64,000 nucleotides of DNA, taken from NCBI RefSeq assembly GCF_018977255.1, contig NW_024704742.1, positions 89,158,001 to 89,222,000 on the forward strand, in the 5' to 3' direction. This document shows positions 26,721 through 38,080 of this stretch, one piece after another. Position 1 is the first letter of the stretch; every line of letters begins with the position of its first letter. The DNA is from Callorhinchus milii. Taxonomy: Eukaryota. A program made the position numbers and the translations under genes. A model generated the notes under the pieces. The model saw only the letters and a program-made list of their open reading frames with translations. It had not been told where the DNA came from and searched no databases.

Positions 26721-27540
26721 TTTCGGATTTGCATATGATACTCGATGCTTCAGCAGTAAGATAGGGAATCTTCTCAGCATCTGGCATCATTTACTGGACA
26801 AGATCCCACCTTACCTCAAGCCTAGCTGCATTTGTGTAAGAGTTGAGCAGATTCAATGATTATTATTGCACTCCTTTAGAGTGATCCAGCTTTAGTTTTG
26901 GAGTATTCGTTCCTTCAAAGCTAATCAATAGCTTTCATGTACTTTAAAACGACAGTATCTTTTGGCAGTGGACTCTGTTTAAAAAGCTGCTGGAAATCAA
27001 ATTAAACAAGAACCAAAAGCAAGGCATGCAATAAATGGTGATTAATGTACAGCAAGATTAGGATGGACATAACAAAAGCCCTTACGTCAGAAACATTCTT
27101 GACATTTGTAACTCATTAATTAATGCATCCCCTTGAGTTCATTTTCACAATTATTCATTATATCAATCTAATTATTACTATAGCATAAGGTCTTCAAATT
27201 TCCACAAATGTTTCAAGCAATAAGGAATTCAAGAAATTCATGGAATTGCTTGCTTGCAAGCCAGATAATTAAAGTACCATTTTTTTAAGTCTCCTTTATT
27301 CACAACTTTGATGCCTAGCTCGCTTCCCCCTTCTAAACTGGTTTCGTGGTTGGGTCGGCAATAGTGTGTAAATCAAACTGGATATTGTTAGTACTATAAA
27401 CACCTGTATTCAACGGAACCTCCCCAGCACTGCATTAGAGTATCAGCCTCGACTATGAGCTCAAAGTATCCTTACTGTCCAAGTAAGGAGAGGGCATTCA
27501 CAATAGTCAAAACCCTCTGTGTGACAAAAGGTTTTCTATT

Positions 27541-27852
27541 TCCTGTAGCTCAGTGGTTAGAACACTCGCTTCGCAAGTGAGAGACCTGAGTTCAATTCCA
27601 GGCGAAACCTTGGGCAAGTTTCCTTACTCCACACAGAGCCTAATAATAATCCCTCCAAAACCAAAAACAATAATAAATTGGTCATTTTCAATCTTCGACT
27701 GTTTGCGGGACATTGCTGTGCGCAATTGGCTGCCGCATTCACCCACAAATATACAGTTAATTCGCTTTACAGTGTGTTCTGTGAAGCACTTTGAGACGTC
27801 CTCCCGACGTGAAAAACGCTATATCAAATGCAAGGATTATTATTATTATTAT
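27541..27852 (+). mobile_element. tRNA-Ala SINE, short variant
   Basis: Near-identical to 4413-4739. Confidence 0.92.
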
Positions 27853-28143
27853 TTCACAGGTTTAGGCCCCCTAATTTGGAATCCCTCTACCAGAGGGAAT
27901 AGTCATGCCCCATCCAGCTTGTCAATATTCCTCGTTGTTTTAAATACCTGTGTTAAATGATCAATTAACCTCCTTGCTCCAGGCAATATAATCCAATTGT
28001 GCCCAGCCTCTCATCAATAGGAAGCAAAGGTGATGATAAATAAAAAGTGCTCCGTAAGGTGCAAAATATCAGGCAGTGTTCCTCATGGGTCTATTCAGTA
28101 ATTGCTGTACTATTTCTTTGATGTTTGTATATATGTATGACTG

Positions 28144-28182
28144 TTTGGCTAAGATCAAGTGTAGTATCTGTTCTTATCAGTT
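28144..28182 (+). pseudogene. RNU2: U2 snRNA fragment (about nt 16-54)
   Basis: tttggctaagatcaagtgtagtatctgttcttatcagtt equals the conserved U2 5' region, including the GTAGTA branch-point recognition sequence (28161-28166). The rest of U2 is absent. Confidence 0.9.
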
Positions 28183-29039
28183 ACTCCTTGGCTGTGTACC
28201 TGTGGGGGCTCTCCTTTTGAGGCCGGGTCATGTAGGGATACCACAATCTGAACCTTCCCATGATTTGTTTATGGAAGGCAGACCTCCTGTCAGGAGAGCT
28301 ATGTCTTTGGCTCTCTGTTGGCCAGGATTGAGTGGTGAGAGGTTTGATCTGAGGAGTTTGATCCGTCCTCATAAGGAGGAGTGGAGAAACTAGAATGTGG
28401 ATCTACCTTGATCCCTTGGTCACAAGGCTCAGTCCAGGTTTCCCCAGGATGGAGAGGTGATCCGCTCATTTGACTTGCTCAAGCAGTCGTGAGTGAGGAA
28501 ATGGGCCCACATCATCCTTTGATGATTAGGGACCGAGATTTGGGTGGGGACACATGTTGCCTGGGGGTCAATCTAAGTTCCCTTTTAAGGACTATGATTA
28601 GGTTTTAGTTGGCCTAGTGGATGATGAGTGGGGACAATCTGGCTCACCACAAAAAACAGCTATTGACATTTAACCTAAAGGGCAGTACTTTATGAAACAT
28701 TAAACCATTTGCTGATGTTACCAAGCTTTATGGCCAGTGATAAAGGAAGGGTATATAAATACTATTCAAAAAGATCTGGAGAGTATAGACAGATAGGCTA
28801 AGAAATGGAAGGTAGACTTTAATGGAGATTAAAGGATTAATGCCCCAATAAAATTGGTCATTCACTTCACGTCTGTTTGTGGGACATTGCTGTGTGCAAA
28901 TTGGCTGCCGTATATGTCCCCCCAAAATAGTCAAACCACTTTACAGGATATCCTGTGAAGTGCTGTGACATGTCTCAACAGCGTGATAAGGCGCTAAATC
29001 TAATGCAAAGATTATTATTAACAAAGTACAGGAATGTAT

Positions 29040-29350
29040 AATGGAACAAGAAGTAGCAAACATTATGGATGATGAAAAGAGGAGAACGAAACGTATTGAG
29101 TTGGAATTATTGATTATTTACTAAAAACATTCAGTCAATGTGAAGCCGTTATCAACAAAGACAATCAAATAGTAGATTGCATCTCCAGGGCATTTGACTC
29201 TACATTGAAAGGCATTTTGTTGAGCTTGTGTATTGATTACTAGTGAGGCCACATTTGGAACAGTCTACCTTCAAGAAGATGCTGAGGTTGAAACAGTGCC
29301 TCATGCCATAAACTGTTTTCAGGTGGGAACATAGACTCTAAGGAGATTGC
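29040..29350 (+). mobile_element. CR1-clade LINE fragment, highly decayed
   Basis: ctagtgaggccacatttggaa (LVRPHLE) and ctaaggagattgcgaaggga (RRLR-like) remnants. Confidence 0.6.
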
Positions 29351-30969
29351 GAAGGGAGCTAACTTCTCTCACAAAGGGGTACTGGACTTATTTAAAAAGC
29401 AGCTTGATGCTGTAATTGAAGGGGATGGAAGGGGCCTCTTCAACTAAGCCAGTCTTGTGAGCTTGTGTTTCAGGGTGAAGCACAGCAGCTTATTTCCCAC
29501 TAAAACCCCAGTTTGTGTCACAGAGCAATCAGTTTCACTCACTCATACATAGAATACGTTACAGTCTATCCTGTGAAGCACTTTGAGACATCTCGACGAT
29601 GTGATAAGGCGCTATATCAAATGCAAGGATTGTTATCATTATTCAACTGTGTTGGGTTGTCGAGGTTGTCTCTTTGATGCTTTTAGTGAAGTCAGCATCA
29701 GAGTAGAATTTAGGTAGGTCAACCATGATACATGTACAAAATAGATGCATAAAGCAGCACCTGATCAAATGAGAATCTGTTGTTTTTTTGTAATGCAACA
29801 TAACACAGCAAAATAAACCAATTTTCCTAATAGTGTTTCACATAGCAGATTGTACACAACATCCAAAGCACTTCTTTGTACTTGTACAGTCTGGCATCCT
29901 GTTTTTCTGTGAGTATTGCATAATGGTTCAGATTTACACCTGCTATACAATTCTCATTCGCTTGTGCCAGTGGCTATTATTTTAATTGTGCACCAAAGTG
30001 CAATTCACAGCAATGAAAATAATGACAATTTACTGATGTGAAACAAAAGCAACTTTGCCCATGCAATCAGTCAAGTGATGCTTAGCAAGCAAAAGCACTT
30101 TTCTTCTAAAAGGATTGATTTATTTTTTTCCGGTGGCTTTTTAGAGTAAAAATGAAACATGTTGTCTGCATAGAAATAGCAATCCAGAATTATGGATTGC
30201 AGGTACCAATTCAGTCACTTGGAATTGATCCATTGTAAGGGAACATTTTTGACTTGAGCTTCTTACAAAAGCAAATTGCATTTGTATAGGGCCTTTCACG
30301 TCGGGAAAGCATTTTGCTTACGTTAACTGAGAGGAAGAGAAGCTCAATGAGATGGTTCAAAGCGCTTCACAGGATTTTACTGTGACGTGTAGTGACTGTA
30401 TTTGTAGGCAAACACAGCAGTCAATTTGTGCACAGCAATATGAAAGGAAACTATAGTTTAAAAACAGGATCTCAGTTATAACAGCACCTTTTAACATTCT
30501 ATTCTATGTCATCTAATACAATAGCTTTACTGCCAGGAGTGAAATGATACGGAGAAGGACGTTTCCATTTAGATTGCTTCACATTTCTTCAAATTGGGGC
30601 AATAAAAAACCCAATTCCGATACTGGTGTTCTAACGGTCAGCAGCATCAAGATAGGCAGCAGTTTCAGACCCGGACAGTTCCTTTTTAGTATCACAAAGT
30701 AATGTTCTCTCGGTTGTCTCTTCAATAACATTGAAATAAAATTCATAGAAACTTCCTTGACTTTTCAACATTGGGCAGCCAGCCAAATAATGTCAGAAAC
30801 AGGGTTCCGGTGCCATTCATGTTACCTGAATCCTGATTTATGTAGCCCATTTGGCAGTGAATCTGTGCTAAAATTGGCATCATTCTTTTGCCAAAAGAGT
30901 AGCATAAATGAAGCATTTCTGCGATACTCATTCTAACATCTGAAATATGTACCTTTCAAAATGAATTGT

Positions 30970-31395
30970 GAGCCTGGCGCAGTTGGTAGCACTCTCGCTT
31001 CTGAGTCAGAAAGGTTGTGGGTTCAAGCCCCACGTTGGGACTTGGAATCATATTGCCTAAGCTGATTCTCCAATGCAGAGCTGGAGGTGTGTTGCATTGT
31101 TGTAGGTGCCATCCTTTGGATGAGACGTTAAACCAAAGTCTCATCTGCCTGTGGAAGTGGATGTTAAAGATCCCATGGCACGATAGGAAAGTAGAACAGA
31201 GTTTCTCCCAATGCCCTGGCCCAAATAAAATTAGTCATGTCGTCCATGACTGTTCGTGGGATACTGCTGTGTGCAACTAGTTGCTGCATTTTACCCATAA
31301 AGTAAACAGACCACCACTTTACAATGTATTCTGTGGAGCGCTTTGAGACGTCTTCACGACACGATAAAGGTGCTATATCAAATGCAAGGAGTATT
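30970..31395 (+). mobile_element. Deu-domain SINE, near full length
   Basis: A box tggcgcagttgg, B box ggttcaagccc, Deu core (ggatgagacgttaaacc...aaagatcccatggcac) and L2-type tail. Confidence 0.85.
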
Positions 31396-31517
31396 ACAAG
31401 AATTATAACAAAAGTTAATACTGTAGTTGATTTTATGGATGTTATCCTTGATCGGAATAACTAATCGGTTAAGAGTCATCAAATAAATAATTTCACTATT
31501 TCCTGCTGATTGTCATC

Positions 31518-31933
31518 AGCTGGTAGCACTCTCACCTCTGAGTTGAGGTTGTGGGATGAAGCTCTAAGTTAAGACTTTAAGTTCATAGTCTAGAATTATA
31601 TTTCAATGCAGTTCTAGAGGTGTACTGTATTATCAGAGTCCTTCAGTTAAACCGGGGTCCCATCTAACGGCTCAGGTGGACGTTAAAGATCCCATGAAAC
31701 TATCCAAAAAGAGAAGAGCATTTCCCAGTATCCTGGGCAATGATCTTTCAGATAAAATTGGTCATTAACTTCATGGCTGTATGTGAGACACTGATATGAG
31801 CAAATTGGTTGCTGCGTTCACCTACAAAATACATAGCCACTGCACTTTACAATAAATCCTGTGAAGTGCTTTAAGATCTTTAAGATATTTCAACAACATG
31901 ATGAGGTGCTCTATCAAATGTAATTATTATTAT
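31518..31933 (+). mobile_element. Deu-domain SINE, older copy
   Basis: ctcaggtggacgttaaagatcccatg core and tail. Confidence 0.75.
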
Positions 31934-32929
31934 TTAAGAGAAAGAAAGATCCTTGAAATGTAGTATAGGAGGGAAAGAAAAGGATTGCAGAAGATCATTC
32001 TTTATTATAATAGTAACCTTTTGTGGTAGGAAGCAAACTCAACTGATATGCTAATATTGCCCAGAATCCTTTTTGAGATGTTTCAACTCAACTGCAAATC
32101 TTCTTTATAATGGTACGGAGAAGCATTGACCTCTACATGAGAGTGCATTCAGTTGACCTCCCTTCTTGCCTATTGCTGTTTGTTTAGCTAATTCTTCACA
32201 ATCTGTGATCGTGGGAGGGCATCTTGAGAAGGTACTTTTCATGCAAAGATAAGTTAAGTTACTACTGTAAAATAGTAGCACCAACTATTGCCACACATAA
32301 GCTATGAAAACGAAGGCCGAGATGTTTTAACATGCCATGCCAGAAGCTGCCACAAACGAAAATTGCTGCAAATTAATTTTGGAGCACGTCCAGACTATTG
32401 ATTGATTAATGCTGAGGGAACAAAATGTGAAATGTCTGTTTTCCTTTTGGGTTCTGTCCCTGCCACTTCTCTACTTTTCATTTTTTTTTAAATTCAGTCC
32501 AATAAAACAAATATTGACTTGTAGTTTGAAAGCCAAGTCAGTCAAGCCATTGCTTTTCTGATTGCAGAATTGAACTTGAATGTGCAATGGTGTTCGCAGC
32601 ATGTTTTGGGTCAACATTTTATGACTTTAGCCTTGAGCTTCATTTCACATGCATTTTTTGAGCTACTAAGCAAACTTTTGTTTTGTTGAATCACCCCAAC
32701 CTTCGCCCACAAAATGCTCACAGTCACATCACTTTATACTATATCCTATGAAGTGCTTAGAGACATCTCAACGACGTGATATGGCACAATATCAAATCCA
32801 AAGATTATTGTATTAAATTACTTCTGTTGGGAATTACTTCAGTAGAGATTCTGATTGCTGATGGTTTCAATTTAAGAAATAAATCCACACTCATTCCTAA
32901 TTTTTTAGATTCTGCTTTTATAATAACAA

Positions 32930-33315
32930 CAATCATTACATTTGAGACATTTTCATAATGTCTGAAAGCTCCTCACAGGATTTTTACTGTTAGGTGGGGT
33001 GACTGTGTGCACCCAGCAATATCCCATAAACAACCATGAATAACCCGAATGAGCAATGTTATCCGGGGTATTGTTGGCAAGGACACCAGAAGAAACTCCC
33101 TGCTCTTTTGAAATCTTTAACATCCACCTGAACAGACAGACTAGTCTACTTAACTTTGGCTTCATTTCTCTTTTGAAGGATGGCATCTGAAACAATACAG
33201 CACTCCCCCAGCACCACACTGGAGGGACATCCAAGGCAAAATCCTGAAGTAGAGCTTGAACACACAACCCTCTTACACAGAGACAAGAGTGCTACCAACT
33301 GAGCCAGTCTGACAC
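32930..33315 (-). mobile_element. Deu-domain SINE
   Basis: Reverse-complemented head (gagtgctaccaactgagcc) and core. Confidence 0.7.
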
Positions 33316-33394
33316 CAATTTATTTAGTAATTTTCCTCAACCCTACTACAGTAATTCATAGCTCCTACTACCCCGAGAATATATACATACACGG

Positions 33395-35194
33395 GTCCCT
33401 AAAAACTGCCGTCATCACTCCCACTTTGAAAAAACCCTCCCTTGATGCATCACAGCTATCAAGCTACCGGCCCATCTCCAACCTCCCCTTCCTGTCCAAG
33501 TTCCTCGAAAGAGTCGTCGCCTCCCAGCTGCGCTCTTTCCTCTCCACCCACTCACTTTTCGAACCCCTTCAGTCGGGTTTCCATGCTGCCCATGGCACAG
33601 AAACCGCCCTGGTCAAGGTCACCAATGACATCCTGACCATCTGTGACCAGGGCTCCCTCTGCCTCCTCGTCCTCCTTGACCTATCGGCAGCATTCGATAC
33701 GGTCGACCATGCTATCCTCCACCACCGCTTGTCCTCCCACCTCAACTTTCAAGGCCCTGTCCTTGAGTGATTTAGGTCGTACCTCTCCCACCGTCTTCAC
33801 TTTGTTTCCACGAATAGCTTTTCCTCCACACCCGCTCTGTCCCGTGCGATGTCCCTCAGGGCTCTGTCCTCGGTCCCCTCCTCTTCACCCTCTATATGCT
33901 CCCCCTCGGTGACATCATCCACAGACATGGGGTTAACTTCCACATGTATGCGGATGACACCCAACTCTACCTTTCCTCCTCTACCCTCAACTCCACGACC
34001 ACCGATGTCCTGACAGCCTGCCTGTCCGACATCGAGTCCTGGACGAGAGACAACTTTCTTCAGCTCAACGTGCGTAAAACTGAGGCCCTCCTGATTGGCT
34101 CACGTCAGCGCCTCCGCACCTCAGGCGCTGACAGCATCAGCATCCAAGGCTGCACTCTCCACCTCTCAAAGCAGTCAGGAACCTCGGTGTTCTGTTCGAC
34201 CCTGAGTTGTCCTTTCTTCCCCACATCTGCGCCACAACTGGCACCGCCTTCCATCACCTCCGGAAAATCGCCAGACTATGGCACAACCTCACCCCTCACG
34301 CTGCTCAAACTCTGGTCCTTGCCTTTATCACCTCAAGGCTGGACTATGGGAACTCTCTCCTCGCCGGCCTTCCCGCCACCTCCCTCCACAAGCTGCAGGT
34401 CATTCAGAACTCTGCAGCTCGTGTACTGTCCCGCACCAGGCTTCGGGACCACATCACTCCCACCCTCGCTCGCCTCCACTGGCTCCCCATCCTCCAGAGG
34501 ATCGAATTCAAGATCCTCATCCTCGCCTACAAGGCCATTCACAGCCTTGTTCCCTCCTACCTCTCTGACCTACTATCCCCTATCTACCTGCCCGTACCCT
34601 CGGTTCCTCTGGCTCCGGTCTGCTCCATGTCCCCCGCCCCAACCGCCCTACCATCAGTGGCCAGGCCTTCATCTCCTAGGCTCTGGAACTCTATCCCCCA
34701 GTGCCTTCACCGCCTCCTCCCTTTCCTCCTTCAAGGCCGGTCTCAAGACCTTTCTCTTTGACCGTGCCTTCAGCTCCCCTCTCAACTCTCTATCCCCTCC
34801 TCGCCCCCTCCCTTTCCTCCCCTCACCATTTCCCCCTCCTCGCTCCCTCCCTTCCCTCCCCTCACCCTGACCATTTTCCCCTCCTTGCCCCCTCCCTTCC
34901 CTCCCCTCACCATTTCCCCCTCCTCGCTCCCTTCCTTCCCTCCCCTCACCCTGACCATTTTCCGCTCCTTGCCCCCTCCCTTCCCTCCCCTCACCCTGAC
35001 CATTTTCCCCTTCTTGCTCCCTCCCTCCCTTCCCTCCCCTCACCCTGACCATTTTCCCCTCCTCGCTCCCTCCCTTCCCTCCCCTCACCCTGACCATTTC
35101 CCCCCTGCTCGGTCCTGACCAAACTGTCCAGCGCTTTGGGATGTGCTCCCGACGTGAAAGGCGCTCTATAAATGGAATCTTGTTGTTGTTGTTG
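33395..35194 (+). mobile_element. L2 LINE, 5'-truncated; RT broken by a stop and frameshifts
   Basis: [64 protein letters not shown]...FKIL; (ttg)n end. Confidence 0.97.
34794..35100. repeat. C-rich minisatellite in the L2 3' UTR, about 7 units of roughly 39-49 bp
   Basis: Unit ccctcctcgctccctcccttccctcccctcaccctgaccattttc. Confidence 0.9.
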
Positions 35195-35499
35195 CTGGCT
35201 CCGAGTACAAAAAATACACTCAAAACAGTTTAACGTGACGACAAATTGAGGATGCAGTTTGGATATTAGCCTTTCTAATGAAAAAAGATTGATTCCCAAA
35301 TGTCATATTGGCTGTATTTAGTGCATTTACTTAAGACTCAGAACAATTTTCTTTGGCTGGATAAAGTCACTTCTGAAATCAGCCAATGAGTGTAACATCA
35401 GTTGTAGGATAATTATCAGAATTCATTACCCATGACTGAATGACTCAGGAAAAGTATGAGCTGATTAGGGAGATACAGCATGGTTATGTGATCTTTATT

Positions 35500-35770
35500 T
35501 GGACAGCTGGGTGTCTAACATAAACCCATCAGCATGCTTAAGAGTATCCAAACCAGAGTTCCACATATGTAAACCACCTACACACGGACATTTCTCTGTG
35601 TCTGGAATGGAATGCATACTCTCTCCACAGAGGGGCACCTCTACGTATGATATTAATGAGTATCATGCATGTGTCAAGAAGAACCAAGGTTTGGGGATTT
35701 CAGTGTGTGCGCTGGGGCTTCCCATTGTGAGCACTTTACTGGCAAGCTTCCTATTACTTGCCCAAATAGG
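35500..35770 (-). repeat. Unclassified dispersed repeat (family of 46180 and 60080)
   Basis: Reverse complement contains tttggatactcttaagcatg.tgatg, as at about 60615. Confidence 0.65.
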
Positions 35771-37644
35771 ACTAACCCACAACAACAACAACAACAACAA
35801 CAACAAAACTGCATTTATAGAGTGCCTTTCACGTTAGGAGGACGTCACCAGATACGGCTTTGGATTAAATCGAGAATTTCCCTCAAAATGTGTGGAGTTG
35901 CCTGGTGTCAAATTACTATGTCAACAATAACTTGCATTTATATAGCATCCTTCACTCGGAGTAGCTTCTTGAGGTGATTAATTGACCCTCGTAGATGGCT
36001 CCCTAACCTGCCATGTGATGAATGCACTTTAGTTTCATTTGAGAGATGAACATTGGGATTCTGCACGTGTCAACTTTTCCCCAGGAACCAACTTCACTTT
36101 TGCTGATCCTGAAACCTCCCCAGTTGATCTGCAAGCCCTTTGGGGCTTGGAACTGAATTTTGCTTCTCCCAAACTGCTCCCGGGGCATCATTATGTGCTC
36201 AAAATAAGGGCACTTTCCCCAACTACAAATGGCAACTTTCATCAATGACACAAAAAATGGGCAGATTTCCAATGGAGTGGCAAAGGAGCAGCAGGCCACA
36301 GGTAGAATGCTGGCAGGTGGCATTGAGAAAGTTATGGAGTGCAACGCTGCCTGGTTATCCAAGGCAAGGAGAAGCCATCCTTCCCGGCTGTACTGGTTCC
36401 TGCAACTTGATGCTTAACAAAAATATGAACTACCTCAAGTGACAACCTCCCCATTCCTGGCTCACGGCTACCACCTTATCCATTAGAATTAAAAGCACCT
36501 TCACCGATCAAAGGTGTCAGACTATATTGCTTCTCGAATATTGTGTAAAAAGAACCTTAGCTATAAATTATTTTAATACAATCCAAATTTACATTTATAT
36601 ACCGCCTTTCAGATCAGGACCAAGGCAGTTCACACTCCTGGTTTGGCACCCGAGCTGGAGGTTGGACGGGGGGGGGGGGGAGTTGGGAAAGATGACTGAA
36701 ATTACTGTCAAAGAGGTAGGTTTTTTGTTAACAATCTTCATATTGAAGAATGAATCTTACCCTTCAAAGAACTGTTGCATTTTAACTGTATCATACTACG
36801 CTGAGGTCTCACTGATTGCCACAATCATTATTTCCATTGTGAAAATGTTTTACTTTGACTACTAGAATCATAGAAATTACAGTACAGGAAGAGGTCATTC
36901 AGCCTAATGAGTCAGCACCAGCTCTTAAAGCAAGTTGTTCATTCAGTTTCATTGACCTGCCTTATCTCCTTCAAACCTCTATCCTTTGTATGCCTACAAA
37001 CCTCTTGAAATCCACAATTAACTCTGCCTCTACTACCATACCTGGCAAGGCATTCCACATTCTCATAAATCCTCCTAAACTCTCCTTATTTGCCCTAGTG
37101 TAACATCTTCACTTAGTATATTTTGTATTGGCAAAAAACATGACAAAACAATGGTTTTAATGGCATTAAATACTGTGAATGTACCCTTATGCACGATTTT
37201 AGTAACTCTGTAATACTTGTAATTTTTTTCGCACTTCCTGAACAGGAAGAGAATTTTCTCTATGTTAAACAATACTTACGAATGCAATTTCTATCAATCT
37301 GCTAATGTTTTTCTTTCCTGTTATTTTAAACAAATGAAAATTCCCATTATGGTTTGTGGTTAGAAGCTCCTCTTGTCTGGTCTGACTTTATTGACCTGTA
37401 TTGACCTACTACTGTGTGTGTAATGTTTTTGCCCACTCTTCAGAGCTTTACTGCGCAGGAGAAATTGATATAGGCAATACATGAATGTAGGGTATAGCAT
37501 GAGAGTGAGAGCCCGAGAGCATGAATTAAAAATGGAACAGTGCAAGCCTATGGCCTAATAAAACCAAGTCTCAGCCCCCCTGTATACAGTCACAGCCAGT
37601 CTGTATTAACTGTGCCGCTTCCCATTTGTTGAATCTGTTAGGGA

Positions 37645-38080
37645 ATAATAATAATCCTTAAATTTGGAATCCCACCTTTTCACGGTGGAAAGATGTCTCA
37701 AAATGCTTTACAGTATTTCCTGTGAAATGGAGTGACTGTATATTTGTAGGCAAATGCAGCCACACAATTGCACACAGCAATGTCCCACAAACAGTCATGA
37801 AGTGAATGACCAACTTTTATTTATTTGGGAAATTGTTGGCCAGAACACCGGGAAAACTCCTTTGTCTTTTTGAACTGCACTTGGATCTTTAACATCCACC
37901 TGAACAAACATGAAACCACTTTGGTCTCATCCAAAGGACAGCACCTCCGACAATGCAACACACCTCCAGCACTGCTTAAGGAGTGTCAGCTTGCATGAGT
38001 TCCAAATCACCACATGGGACTTGCGTCCACAAACTTCTGACTCAGAAGCGAGAGTGCTATCACTATGCCAGGCTGACACC
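37645..38080 (-). mobile_element. Deu-domain SINE
   Basis: Head, core and tail all present in reverse complement. Confidence 0.82.

Noticed and set aside
33896..34870. Longest ORF (324 aa) as a host gene or active RT
   Set aside because: It is a frameshifted L2 ORF2 fragment running out of frame into the 3' UTR repeat. No intact APE-RT ORF exists in the window.
36039..36248. Peptide LLPGHHYVLKIRALS resembling the end of an FN3 domain
   Set aside because: Too short for an FN3 fold, ends in a stop with no donor site, and has no supporting neighbouring exons. Probably chance; BLASTP would settle it.
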